A stretch of DNA of 64,000 nt from Moniliella sp. 'wahieum' (taxonomy: Eukaryota): the NCBI GenBank assembly GCA_003971905.1, contig RSEE01000090.1, forward strand, positions 62,001 through 126,000, read 5' to 3'. Made by a program: the position numbers and the translations under genes. Shown here one piece after another: positions 49,452 to 60,446 of this stretch. The notes below the pieces were generated by a model. That model did no database searches and was not told the DNA's origin. It was given only the letters and a program-made list of their open reading frames with translations. Positions within the stretch are counted from its first letter, which is position 1; each line of letters begins with the position of its first letter.

Positions 49452-50699
49452 ATGGGCGCCAACGCTAACACCGATCTCTCGGTCAGCGACACCACAATGG
49501 TGAACAAGCGCGATTACTGGACACCAACCGGTCGCGATCCGCCACCGATTGGCACCGACAACGAGGAACTCATGATGCTTTGCGCCGAAGCGCACCTGTG
49601 GTTCAAGAAGACGAACGACATCGATGTCGTTAAAGAGAAGATCAACAGAGCTATACACGACAGAGCCGAGTGGCTTGGATGGAAGGACGAACCTACGTCT
49701 ATCACGACAAACTGGGTTCGACGGGCTACGAATTTTGTGGTGCAAAACATCCACCAAATGGAAACTCAACCCAACGCAACTTTGGGGGCACCTACAGGCG
49801 CAGCCTCGCGACCCGAGTACGACCTTTACAGATCACTACGCGAGTCTCCCACCAAGAATATCAAGTGGCCTGATCTGAACAAAGACCCGTCCGCCTACAG
49901 CGCTTGGGAAGACGAATTTCTCTTCGCGATAACAGATGCCCACCCCCACGCAAGCGACGTCGTCCAGAATGGTCGCAGCTCCCGCTACTTCACCGAGGAC
50001 CTCGACAGACGCTTGCACAACCTTCTTAGGGAAGCCATGCCGTCAACCCTCTTCCGGACGATCCGCACCCACCACGAAATATCATGCACCCAGGACACGC
50101 TGAACATGCTGCGTCAGCGGTATGGATATACGCCTACCGCAAACAGAGGGCCTCTACTCATTCGCTACTTTTCGGCCGACCAAGGAAACCGATCGGGTCG
50201 AGACTACCTCGACTACATGGAAGAGATCAGTGCAAGCCTGACGCGAGCGGGCATCCCACTTACGGAAGAGCAGGAACGCACTGGGATCCTACTCGGCTTA
50301 CGCGACATGAGCATTCGCCAGCGTGAAGAGCGCTCGAGTCTAGACAAGTTACGGCAGGCCGTGATGGACATACCAGCCGCCACGTATCCCGGTGGAGAAA
50401 GGAAGAGAAACGGAGGCAAGCCGGTCAACGGAGGAACGCCTTGGACTCGACCCGACAGCGGGGGACGACCCACCAGCGGGGGAAAAAACTCCAGCGGGGG
50501 CAAAGCCGGCGACGACAACCTCGCGGACACAAAGACCAAGGGGCAAGACCGCACCAACCAACCCTGGCGCAGCGCGACGTCTAATAAACCTGTTGTCCCT
50601 CCGCGCAACCCAGGCCGAGCCAACGCTCACGTCGCTCAGAGAGCGAGCTCTCCCGAGTCTGAAGTGATTGACGTTGATGCGGGCACAGCTGACTACTAG
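49452..50699 (+). CDS. gag: Copia Gag (415 aa from ATG 49452; no CCHC knuckle visible)
   Basis: Open frame between the PBS region and TAG 50697-50699. Capsid-like YSAWEDEF and YLDYMEEISASL..AG..LTEE segments, basic G/K-rich C-terminus. Confidence 0.85.
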   Translation: MGANANTDLSVSDTTMVNKRDYWTPTGRDPPPIGTDNEELMMLCAEAHLWFKKTNDIDVVKEKINRAIHDRAEWLGWKDEPTSITTNWVRRATNFVVQNIHQMETQPNATLGAPTGAASRPEYDLYRSLRESPTKNIKWPDLNKDPSAYSAWEDEFLFAITDAHPHASDVVQNGRSSRYFTEDLDRRLHNLLREAMPSTLFRTIRTHHEISCTQDTLNMLRQRYGYTPTANRGPLLIRYFSADQGNRSGRDYLDYMEEISASLTRAGIPLTEEQERTGILLGLRDMSIRQREERSSLDKLRQAVMDIPAATYPGGERKRNGGKPVNGGTPWTRPDSGGRPTSGGKNSSGGKAGDDNLADTKTKGQDRTNQPWRSATSNKPVVPPRNPGRANAHVAQRASSPESEVIDVDAGTADY

Positions 50700-53600
50700 G
50701 AACTCGGGGGCGAAATGCGAATCATCCGGGCATTATATGACAGTGGGGCATTCCCATCCATTTGGAAAGACAAATCCGTCTTCACATCCATGACCCCTTG
50801 CGACGACGAGATAGAGGTTGCTAACGGGACACATGTAAAGGCGGAAGGACGAGGCACGGCCACAATCCGTATCCGATGCTTAGGAGGACACCAAATGGAG
50901 ATAAAACTCCCCAACAGCCTATACATGCCCCGTTTCAGCCGAAATCTCGTCAGTGTAGCACACCTGTCGAACACCGGAATCGCATCATACTTCGCCCCAC
51001 ACCAGAAGGGTATCTGGCTTGGTAACCCAGGATCCACCCTACGAAAAGTAACCGGCAGTGACTATCAATTCACGATCTTACACAACCCGCGAACGCCACC
51101 CACACCCCTGCGGGCCATGGCGACCAAACCGATCAAACCGGCCGACCCACCCTCAACCCCAAACTCCCTCGCAGCATCCCTGGCCCTGGACCACGTCTCT
51201 AAAGCCCACAAACGCTGGAACCACGCAGCCATCGACCTCCTCCCCTGGCTTACACGATCGGAAACCGCAGGCCTCCGCGTCACAGCCAAGCATATCTCCC
51301 TCTGTCGTTCAGAGTGGGATTGCCCAACATGCGCGGTGGCACTAGCGACAGCATCGCCCCATCCGAGCCGGGACCGCCTCCGATCCAAAAGACCTTTCGA
51401 GGTCCTCCACGTCGACGTAGTAGACCTCCCCCGGGTAACCGGCATGGGGCACGGATACGCCCTCGTCGCCGTTGATGACTTCACGCGGTACGTCTTCACC
51501 ACAGCGATCCCGACAAAGGGCGCTGCAACGAAGGAACTGCGGAACCTCATATTGCGGGAGCAACGCTACGGCCCGGACAGACTGCTGCGGACTTTGCGCA
51601 CGGACAACGCCCCCGAATTGACAAGCGCACTGCAACCTTTTCTGGACGAGCAAGGCATCACGTCAGAACGGACAATCCCGGGGCAGAGTGCTAGCAACGG
51701 TGTGGCTGAGCGTGCCATCCGAACCATAACGACTCGTGCAAGGCAGTTGCTCTTGGGTACAGGTCTTCCGACGTCGGACTGGTGGGAACACAGCCTCCAC
51801 GCTGCGTGCTTCACCCAAAACCAAATGCCACTCAAAACATCCGGGGAAGACAACAAATCGCGATTTGAGCGATACAAAGGCCACGCATACTCGTTACCGA
51901 TGCAACCCTTTGGCCGCGTTGCATACCTCCATCTGCCCGAGTCACGCCGCGAGCACAAGCTCAGCGCGCGGGCAGAGGAAGGTATGCTGGTAGGATACCA
52001 CCATCAGCGCGGATCAAAGGGATGGCTCTTCGCCACATACCAACCATCCCTGGGTACCTTCACCTACCGCTGGTCGAAACCGTACAAATGGGGCAACGCC
52101 ATCCCCCATCTCCACCCCGACCACTTCCCACCCGACATCTCCAAATCACCTCAAATTAAAATCGACAGTGAAAAAGACGCTAACCCTACTCCGCCAGCCG
52201 CGGCAGCACCCATGCCCCGAACCGCCGCCACACCCCAGACACCCGCTCCCACCACCACCCCCCCTCCGCGCCGCTACCCCCTCCGCCAGCGCACCACCCG
52301 CACCTCCCTCGACCTGCACACACTCCCAATCGCTGACGACCCCACCGACACGACCTACCATGCTCGTGCTGCAGCCGCCACGCCCCACTGCGCCGCACCA
52401 GAGATCGGCATCGCCCGCCCCCTACCTGACACATCCGCCCCCCCGTTTGCCGACACAGTTCAACCTCCCGAATACGCCGCCATGACTGCTCTCAGCGCAC
52501 CCATCCACCCGGACACGGTTCAGCTCACCAAGGATGGCGTACCCCTCGCTCCCAAGACGCTCAAGGGTCTCGAGACTCACCCCTCCTTTGCCATGGTCAA
52601 GCAGGCTATGGCCGACGAGGTGGCCACACTCGCGCGATACGGCACCTACGAGGCTACGTACCCACCACCGGGTGCACAAATCCTCATAGGACTATGGCGC
52701 ATCACCACAAAGACGGACGCCGAGGGCCGGTTCCTGCGCCACCGCGCGCGCTTTGTCGCGGGCGGACACCAACAATCGGCCGAGACTTGGGGCCAGACGT
52801 TCGCACCATCGGTGCGCACACCTGCCATCCTGACCCTCGTCGTGCTGGCCGAGAAGTATAAGTTTGGCCTCTTCTCGGCGGACGTCAATGCAGCGTACCT
52901 GAACGCCCCCCTCGAAGAAGCAGTCTACATCCGCCCACCCCCCTACTTCCCCGAAGCGGGTGGTCGCGTGTGGCGTCTCAAGAAGAGTCTATACGGGCTA
53001 CATCAGAGCGGAGCAAACTGGGCACGATACATCCGGAACCTGCTGCGTGACAAGCTCGGCTTCACGCAAAGCTTGACCGAGCCCTGCTTGTTCGTGCGCG
53101 CTGCACCACCGGGTGAGCAGATCCTCCTGGCGGTCCACACCGACGATCTGCTCCTCGCATGCAAGTCACACCAAAAGTACGAGGAGTTTATGGCCGAGAT
53201 AAACACACACATTGATGTTCGTGGTAACGGTCCCCTTCACTACCACCTGGGATGCCAATACGATCGGATCGGTGGGGAGCTGTACCTGAGCCAACCAAAG
53301 TTCATCGAGGAAGTGGTGGCAAAGCACCACATCAAAGCCCCGTGGATCCGGACTCTCCCACATCCCGTACGGATGATACCGCCCCGTGCCGACCCTGAAC
53401 CCCCATCCCTCCCAGCCTTGCGCAAGGCATATCAGGGGAAGATCGGATCGGGACTGTGGGCTGCACGAATGGGCCGGCCTGACTCCCTCTTCGCTATCAC
53501 GGCCCTCAGCAGAGCCGCTGCCGACCCATCGCAGCAGCATCATCAAGCAGTCGATGACTTCCTTCGCTACCTGTACCATACTCGAGGAAAGGGCCTGAGG

Positions 53601-54140
53601 TTGACCCCAACATCAGATGCACCGGCCATTGCGCTGTATACAGATTCCGACTTGGCGGGAGATCCCATCCAGGCACGCTCCACATCTGGATGCCTACTGA
53701 TGGTGTACGGTGTGCCGGTGTCGTGGCGATCCATTCTTCAGCCGAAGAGCGTTACCAGTACCGCCGCCGCCGAATATACGGCAGGATATGATGGACTGGT
53801 TGACGCCAACTATGTCAAGAACATCATGATCGAGCTTGGGGCCATCGGCGAGGGTACACCCATTCATTGGTATTGCGACAATAAGTCTGTCGTCGATCTC
53901 GCCCACAAATTTGGCAGCACCGGCAAGCTCCGAGAGCTGAAGATCCGGTACCACAATGTACGGCAACACGTGGACTCGGGCGAGGCCATACTTGTACACA
54001 TCCCCGGCGAAAGGAACCCAGCGGACGTCCTCACCAAGCCTCTCGGCCGTCCCGCCCTGACAAGCCATCTTGCTCAACTCCGCGTCGAGGAGATGGATCC
54101 AGTCCACATGACTGGGCCCTCCGGTCAGCGGGGGTGTTGA
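50700..54140 (+). CDS. pol: Copia Pol (protease, integrase, reverse transcriptase, RNase H), same frame as gag
   Basis: YDSGA; HKRWNH...CPTC; LHVD, RTDNAPE, NGVAER; ADVNAAYLNA, LKKSLYGLHQSG, HTDD; YTDSD, AEY, CDN, NPADVLTKPL. The stop TGA lies inside the 3' LTR. Confidence 0.97.
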   Translation, partial: ELGGEMRIIRALYDSGAFPSIWKDKSVFTSMTPCDDEIEVANGTHVKAEGRGTATIRIRCLGGHQMEIKLPNSLYMPRFSRNLVSVAHLSNTGIASYFAPHQKGIWLGNPGSTLRKVTGSDYQFTILHNPRTPPTPLRAMATKPIKPADPPSTPNSLAASLALDHVSKAHKRWNHAAIDLLPWLTRSETAGLRVTAKHISLCRSEWDCPTCAVALATASPHPSRDRLRSKRPFEVLHVDVVDLPRVTGMGHGYALVAVDDFTRYVFTTAIPTKGAATKELRNLILREQRYGPDRLLRTLRTDNAPELTSALQPFLDEQGITSERTIPGQSASNGVAERAIRTITTRARQLLLGTGLPTSDWWEHSLHAACFTQNQMPLKTSGEDNKSRFERYKGHAYSLPMQPFGRVAYLHLPESRREHKLSARAEEGMLVGYHHQRGSKGWLFATYQPSLGTFTYRWSKPYKWGNAIPHLHPDHFPPDISKSPQIKIDSEKDANPTPPAAAAPMPRTAATPQTPAPTTTPPPRRYPLRQRTTRTSLDLHTLPIADDPTDTTYHARAAAATPHCAAPEIGIARPLPDTSAPPFADTVQPPEYAAMTALSAPIHPDTVQLTKDGVPLAPKTLKGLETHPSFAMVKQAMADEVATLARYGTYEATYPPPGAQILIGLWRITTKTDAEGRFLRHRARFVAGGHQQSAETWGQTFAPSVRTPAILTLVVLAEKYKFGLFSADVNAAYLNAPLEEAVYIRPPPYFPEAGGRVWRLKKSLYGLHQSGANWARYIRNLLRDKLGFTQSLTEPCLFVRAAPPGEQILLAVHTDDLLLACKSHQKYEEFMAEINTHIDVRGNGPLHYHLGCQYDRIGGELYLSQPKFIEEVVAKHHIKAPWIRTLPHPVRMIPPRADPEPPSLPALRKAYQGKIGSGLWAARMGRPDSLFAITALSRAAADPSQQHHQAVDDFLRYLYHTRGKGLRLTPTSDAPAIALYTDSDLAGDPIQARSTSGCLLMVYGVPVSWRSILQPKSVTSTAAAEYTAGYDGLVDANYVKNIMIELGAIGEGTPIHWYCDNKSVVDLAHKFGSTGKLRELKIRYHNVRQHVDSGEAILVHIPGERNPADVLTKPLGRPALTSHLAQLRVEEMDPVHMTGPSGQRGC

Positions 54141-54297
54141 CATCCGTCCTAGGACCGCGCGGACCCTGAGTCACGTGAGTCAGCTTTCATTCCTTCCGAG
54201 CTCGCACCAGTCTTCTGGACGAGTCAGTCGCAGAAGCTTCTTAGTCCAATACGACGTTCAGTGCTCACATTCTGTGGTAGTAGCGACGAGGCCGACA
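54135..54297 (+). repeat. 3' LTR (163 bp)
   Basis: Identical by eye to the 5' LTR except a 3-bp duplication (agcgaCGAggcc). Confidence 0.97.
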
Positions 54298-55149
54298 GAT
54301 TGGTTCGATTTCCGGTGGGACGGACCTGTGTGGGGCGTTGGGCGGGCACTGTACGGCGCTGCCAGTGTACGCGGGGGAAGTGCAGTGCCGCGCATTGGGC
54401 ATGCACGTCGAAGTGGACGATGGAGCGGGAGGGAGCTTGCCGCCGGAGACCGAGGGCGACTTGGTTTGTCGTACCTTCTTTCCCTCGCAGCCGCTGGGAT
54501 TTTGGAACCAGCCATGGCAACGGTACTTTGATGCGTACTATGCTCAGACGCCCGGCAGCTGGCACCACGGCGACTTTATCTTGCTTACGTGCCATGGGGG
54601 CTTGGTCATGCGGGGCCGGTCGGATGGCGTGTTGAATCCGAGCGGGATCCGGTTTGGATCGTCGGACTTGTACGAGGTGATCGAGGCGGTACAGGGTTGG
54701 TAGCGGCGATCCAGGATTCGGTGGCGGTGGAGTAACGTGTGCCAGCGGCGGACGATGAGGTGGTGTGTGTTGGTGGAGGTGGATGGGGCGGTGGTGAAGG
54801 ACGAAGCGACATGGCGCAAGTTGGTGCACGAAGTGAAAGAGTTGATTCGAGCGCGGCGCAGTGCGCGCCACGTGCCCCGGTTCGTTGTGCGCCTGAGCGA
54901 GGGCGGGGTGTGCAAGACGTTGAATGGCAAGAAGATCGAGGTGCCAATCAAGAAGATCCTTAATGGCCAGCCAATCAGCATTGTTAGTCCAGCGACGCTG
55001 CAGAACCCAGAAGCGCTGCCGCAGTATGCTGTCATTGCCCAGCGCTTGCAGCATGCGCTGCGGGCAAAGGCACACCTGAAAAGGGCAAGGAAGAAATGCG
55101 ACTAGGAGCACGTATCAAGATTGTGAAGAGGGATACATGTAGGAGGGAT

Positions 55150-56153
55150 CCATGAGAAAGGGAAGGGGAAGACGCATTTAGTTGCGTGCTGGAAGGGAGC
55201 AGGGGGAGCAACGTCAACGTTAGTACATTTACATGCATGCAAGGGAAACCAGGACGAGGGGGGCAAGCCAACGCGACGTACCTCCCAATTCGCGAATCTG
55301 GCGCTCCGAGGAAGCAATCGAGCGTTCGAGAGGAACGTGATAGTCCCGCGCCGGCCGCAATGGACCACCAAGCGGCATTGTTGTTGCTACCCGCGCCAAA
55401 GACCATGAGCGGCAAGGGAAGCATGAGGATCCAAAGGAAAAAGGTATACATCACACGCGGCGCCACCGTCTTGACCACCAGTTCCTGCGGAGGGCGGATC
55501 CCATCGGGACCGGCCTTGCCCGGCGCCCACTTCATTGTCGACAAGACTTCCACCACAAAATCGGGGGCCGTGCCAAACGCATGAGGCTGGGCCGGGAAGG
55601 CAAACTTTTTCCTCCGGTTCACGACGAAGCGCACACCCATCGCGTCGGCAATCTCCCATGCCATGGCGTACAGAAGGGTGCCTTGCACACAGAGGAAGAA
55701 GAGATAGAAGGGCAGGGCAGGGAGGTACAGCAGATCGTCGAGGGTGCCGATGTGCTTGCCATGGAACATGGTGTAGTGCATCTGGGAGTGGGTGCCGAGG
55801 ATGTAGGAAGGGATCGGGGTCAAGTAGAGCACGCCCGTGCCCAGGAGCAAGACGAGCGAGACGAAGCGGTAGCGGTAGGCGATCTTGCGGCTGCGGGCAC
55901 TCAGGCGCTGGACGGTGGCGTTCTGGGCTGGTGATGAGGAAGAAGAGGAGGGGAGGGGACCGTCAGTACGCGGGGCATGCATGGGCGGGGAGCGCCGAGG
56001 CAGGCAGAGCCAGAGGCAGAGACAGCCGACGTACCAGCGGGGTCGATGCCGCTGGTGCCCATAGGCGCTTCGTCCAGCACGGCGAGGGGGTCGTCTGCGG
56101 TGCCGTCGGCATAGTCGGGCCGGGGAGCAGGGCGGGCACGAAGGGTGGACATG
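55150..56153 (-). CDS. Hypothetical multi-pass membrane protein (two probable introns; 3' end uncertain)
   Basis: MSTLRARPAPRPDYADGTADDPLAVLDE, then a GTACGT intron, then hydrophobic segments (FVSLVLLLGTGVLYL; LPFYLFFLCVQG; FFLWILMLPLPLMVFG). Second intron GTACGT..ACTAAC..CAG near 55280-55190. Confidence 0.55.
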
Positions 56154-56607
56154 GTGGGGACGGGCAGAGGCTGGCGGGCGACACCCACAGGGCAGCAGAG
56201 TGGGTTTTCTTGGGGCGGAAGCGCGGCGCGCTCGTTTGCCTGGGCCTGGCTGGGGAGGGCTTGAAGCTTGAAGCTTGAAGCTTGATCGATGATCTGGCCT
56301 GCCTGGTGCGCTTCCAGGGCGCACGTAAGCAGCCCCGTCATCCAGACTGACTGGGTAACCCACCAGTCACGCCCACTGGTCCACTCCAGTCACTCAGCCA
56401 CTAGCCGTCGTCACACATCATGATCGTCGCCTCGCGTCTCCCATGCCAACGCACACGATGCATCAGCGCTCAGCCTCCCGCGCTCACGCCCTCTTGAACG
56501 GCCGCCGCCTGCCATCCGTCTCCCCCCTCAAAAATTCGGTCCTGCTGGTTCCACGTTCCACAGGGAGGACGACCCTGGGGGGACTTGAGGAAAAGAAAAA
56601 GACTCAA

Positions 56608-56692
56608 GGGGTCCGCCCGGGATCGAACCGAGGACCACCTCTACGAGTTGGAGAAACCCTAAAGAGGCATGATACCACTACACCACGAACCC
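56608..56692 (-). tRNA. tRNA-Pro(AGG) with 13-nt intron
   Basis: Exons identical to the copy at 42231-42319; intron tttctccaactcg; T5 run a few nt downstream. Confidence 0.95.
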
Positions 56693-57112
56693 TCGATGTG
56701 TCTTCCGCGCCGCGTAGCCTTCTTTGGCTAGAGTGTTCCAGCATCACCCGTTCCCATATTGGCTCGGTGATCAGTCGGCCTCTCCATCCTCGCTGCGCTG
56801 CGATAATCACCGATCATGGGTTAGATCTTAGACCATCCCCGTACCGCGTAACCTGCCCGAGATCGCCGATTTTCAACTACCGCCGCGCAGTCACCACCCT
56901 TGGCTCTGTGCACCTACTTCCCAGCCTGCAACCACCAAGCCCATCGTGACCAAAGAATACAACAACAACCGGATCTCGTTGCTCGGCTCGGTACGCGGGG
57001 TTAGCTTGGCATCGTTGGGCGTGAAAAACCGTGTAAGGAGCGGGGGTAGTAGAGGGAGGGAGTGGGAGTCGGGAGTGGAGGGGGAAAAGATAGGAGGGAA
57101 GGGGGGGGGGGG

Positions 57113-57834
57113 CTATCCGCCCGCCTCCAATCGTGCTAGGACCTCATCAAACCCCCACTCCTTGGCCTCGTCTTCCGCCGCCAACGAGCCATCAGCCGGG
57201 AGCTCTACCTCGTCCCGTTCGGCACGCACGACCTGAGGCTGTACCCGAGCCACATCTGCTTCGGGCAGGGGTTTGATCGTCATGGGTCGATGCAAGTTGC
57301 GGGGTGGCTGTGCGGGAGGAGGAGGGCGCATGCAAGCACGGTCGTCTGCGCTGGGCAAGGCAAAGGGGGAGTAGGGGAAGTACGGGAAGTACGGGAAGTG
57401 GGGGAAGTAGCGGGACAAGGACAAGAGCAAGGGCAAGGAGGAGGGGAGGCGAGGGAGGTGCTTGCCATGTGCTGTGTGAGCGCATGGAGTTTGCGTTGGT
57501 CCAGTTCCAGTTCCAGGGATGTGGCCAAGGCGACGAAATGGGCACGACAGCGCGGGGGTAAAGGTTGGAGCAGTAGCGCGCGTAGTTGGGCGAGTTTGCG
57601 TTCGAGCGTGGGCGTGGCCAGGTCGGTTCGCCTGCGTCGCGGAACAAAGGCCGATGCGCGCGCACGCGCTTGGCTCGTCTCCTCGACCGGGCGCTCGGGG
57701 GGAGACGGTGATGTACATGCAGTACTAGCTGGAGAGGAGCGCCCCGAGACAGAGGCACAGGCCGACTGGATCAGGGGGCTGGAGGGGGGCGTGGCCCGGG
57801 TGGGCAGGCCCTGTAAGGCAATGCACGATGCCAT
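57113..57834 (-). CDS. Small hypothetical protein, probably two exons
   Basis: TATAAAAG upstream (~57979-57986). Helical LERKLAQLRALL...LELELDQRKL joins in frame to PPRNLHRPMTIKP...WGFDEVLARLEAGG* if 57465-57308 is a GC-AG intron. Confidence 0.4.
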
Positions 57835-58990
57835 GCACGTTGCGTCTTCGTCGTCCGGTTGGAGGAGGGTGGGGCGATGGGCGTTGGGCGTTGGAGTGGC
57901 GATAGGGACAGAGCAGGCCACACACCGGGGGGTCGGATGAAGAAGAACGACGGCGGGGACGGGGCAGGGGAGGGGCTGCTTTTATAGCGTCCCGGCTGTC
58001 GAGGCGAGGCGGGCGGCACGTTTAATGAGCGAGGGGGCATGCAGTATCGTTCGCTCAAGCCGGCGCGGGAGAGGCGGAGCAGAGACTGGGCTGCTGCGGG
58101 CGCCGGGAGGGGCTGGAGCGGCACAGAGGCAGTGTGCCGCACGGCCAGGCGGACGCTCAGGCCGAGTCACGCGTGACTGCCGCCTCCCGCCCCGGCCTCG
58201 GCCTCAGGCAGCAGCCGCACGGCGCCTGTGCGTGGCCCGCCAGCCCGGTGCTGCGGGCAGGTGGGGCGAGGGAGGGGTTGCGTACGTCAGCGCAACTCAG
58301 CCCGCCAAGCGCGCTGATTAATGATTCGATGCCCAGCAACCAGCAAGCAACGAGCAACGCGCACTCAGCCGCTCCCGCATTCCGCCCTGGCTCAATCCGC
58401 TCCGCCCCTGCAGGGCCAGGGGCCAATCCCGACAAGATCAGTCATAGTCATGTCCCCACACACCAACACCAACCGCTTGATTTGAAAATGGCATGGCCAT
58501 CAACTACTGCGCAGCATGTCCATCTTCGTCTGGTCATCCATAATGCATAACCAGCTGCTACTCGGGACCTCGTCATGCCCATTCTACTTGAATGTTCATC
58601 CCTGTGGCAATGTGTTCCGAAGGCTGTCGCCCACCCGCTTCGCTCCTTCCCATGTCGCATCGGCCAGACGGCCAGACTGCCTCTCCAGAATCGCACATGA
58701 ATGCGCAGTCAGTACTATCAGTGCTTGAGACAGCAGCCTACTTTTCTTTGCGCCTTGTTCCCACTAGTACTAGTAGGGATGTGGCAGTCTCATCTGTGGT
58801 AGTCTCTCAATAGTAATAAAAGCGTAGTACCACTGAAGCTACAAGTCGACCGATGAATGGCCTGGCCAGCAAGGGAAGATGAGCAACGTTATTCTATTGT
58901 CCATGATGCAGTGAGCGTCACAAGGATCACGCAAAATGAGAGGGAAAGGTACGGAAAATAGGGGGGAACTGTCCACTGGTCGGAGACTTT

Positions 58991-60446
58991 TTAAGCGTCA
59001 TCATGATGTCCACTGTGCAAGTCCGTGTGCGACGACGTAGGGGAACGATTCAGGAGAGGGAGAAGCCAAGTCCCTCGCTCGGTGAGGGTGTGCGAGCGGT
59101 ATCGGTTGCGGTACGCTGAGACGGGGCGGACAACATTGCCTCGTGCTCATGTTGCTGCCGCTCAGTGCGTATAGAAAAGTGGGTCGGAGTGAGCGGGTAA
59201 GTTTCCGCCTGGTTTGGCAACAGCGTTTCTTCCTCCTCGTCCTCTTCAGGGTGGATGTCCAAAGACGGTCTCGGTCGTCTGTCCCCGCCCGACCACAGCG
59301 CACGATGTGCACCACTCGTCCCACCGAAGGCACCAGCTTGGCCCGTTGCAGTAGTCCGTAGATGACCACGCCAAGGCCCAGGAGGAAGAGGTACTTCCCC
59401 CCCCGGCCCAACGCTTTGATCCACCCGGCATCGTTGGCGTGCCAAGAAGAGCCGTAGAAGTGTTTGAAGAACGCAGTTTGCCGAGCCACCTTAGGCGGAA
59501 GGTTTTTGCCGTACAAGGATTTAGGAAGGACGCGGATTCCGTTCAACGCGGGCGGGTGCTCCGTGTCGGAAGGGAGGGTGACGCCGTTGGCATCGACCCA
59601 AAGCGCGTAGCTAGCACTGACCAGCATCGGTCCGGTGGAGAACATGACGGTGGGGTAGTTGAGCAAGTAGTTGTGGTTGAAGAGGAGGAGGTGGATCAAA
59701 AGTCGCTCCATAAATGGGTGCCTGGGCGTGATGAAGATCAAGTCGTTCGATACCCCGACCGGTATCGTCTGAGGCAAGATGGCGTCAAAGCTCAGCAGTG
59801 GGTCCATGGGTTTGAGACAGCCCATATCCAAGTCCATGTACACGCCGCCAAGTGATGCAGGACAAAGTAGCGGATTGCATCGGCACGCTGGATGGGGTAA
59901 GGATAGGCATCAAAGGTCGAGAGAAACCAGTGGTAGTGCTCCTCAATAAACGCGCGCGAGCTCTCGTCCGTCCAGAGAATGTAGTCACTGAGTGATCTCA
60001 CAAAGTCAGGGCCTGAGAGCGGGTGCGGGGGAGGTGAAGTACCTGTTCCCTCCTCCGAGCAAGGAAAAGTAGGAGACGTACTAGTCAGGATGCATCTCCC
60101 GGCACTCTTCCCGCACCGGGACCCACTTATCCGGAAGAGTATCTGTCTTCCACGTCTGGTGGATTAGCCGAGGAATCTTCTCGCCTGGGTGAGTCTTCTT
60201 GGGCGCCACGCCCGGGGTAAAGTGACCACCGTACATGGCAAAGTCCGGGGAAGAGGAGGAGTTGCTGGGTGGTGCAGTCTGAGCCCAGGAAGAGACGATC
60301 ATCTGCACCTCCTCGGGGGTAATCATGGCGCGCTTGTCGACATGATACAAACTCCAGACAGAGCCAAGGACAACGCAGGTGCCGAGCAAGACGAGGACGA
60401 TACAACCGATCAGAACTGAGATGATGCGCCGTGAATTCACGGCCAT
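58991..60446 (-). CDS. SUR1: Mannosylinositol phosphorylceramide synthase catalytic subunit (GT32, SUR1/CSH1-like); intron 60081-59988
   Basis: N-terminal TM, KIPRLIHQTWK, YILWTD, YPYPIQRADAIRYFVL, YMDLD (DxD), PVGVSND, NYPTVMFSTGPM, GSSWH. Confidence 0.92.

Larger units (their letters stand above)
49238..54297 (+). mobile_element. Full-length Ty1/copia LTR retrotransposon
   Basis: TG...CA LTRs at 49238-49397 and 54135-54297; TSD GATTG at 49233-49237 and 54298-54302; PPT-like AGCGGGGG before the 3' LTR; domain order PR-IN-RT-RH. Confidence 0.98.
47765..55105 (+). pseudogene. Acetoacetyl-CoA synthetase interrupted by a copia insertion (49238-54297)
   Basis: SYDELWRWS, ILFSSGTTGVPKAIVH, YTSVGWMMWN, FGTSA. 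After the element the frame resumes as IGSISGGTDLCG, then WHHGDF, GRSDGVLNPSGIRFGSSDLY and KTLNGKKIEVPIKKI. Confidence 0.9.

Noticed and set aside
55102..55105. AACS and the opposite-strand gene sharing one CTAG for both stop codons
   Set aside because: The last exon frame of the minus-strand gene cannot be fixed because of indels.
42498..55105. FMO + acyltransferase + acyl-CoA synthetase as a secondary-metabolite cluster
   Set aside because: No backbone PKS, NRPS or terpene cyclase; the Cys2-like and AACS genes look like ordinary primary-metabolism orthologs.
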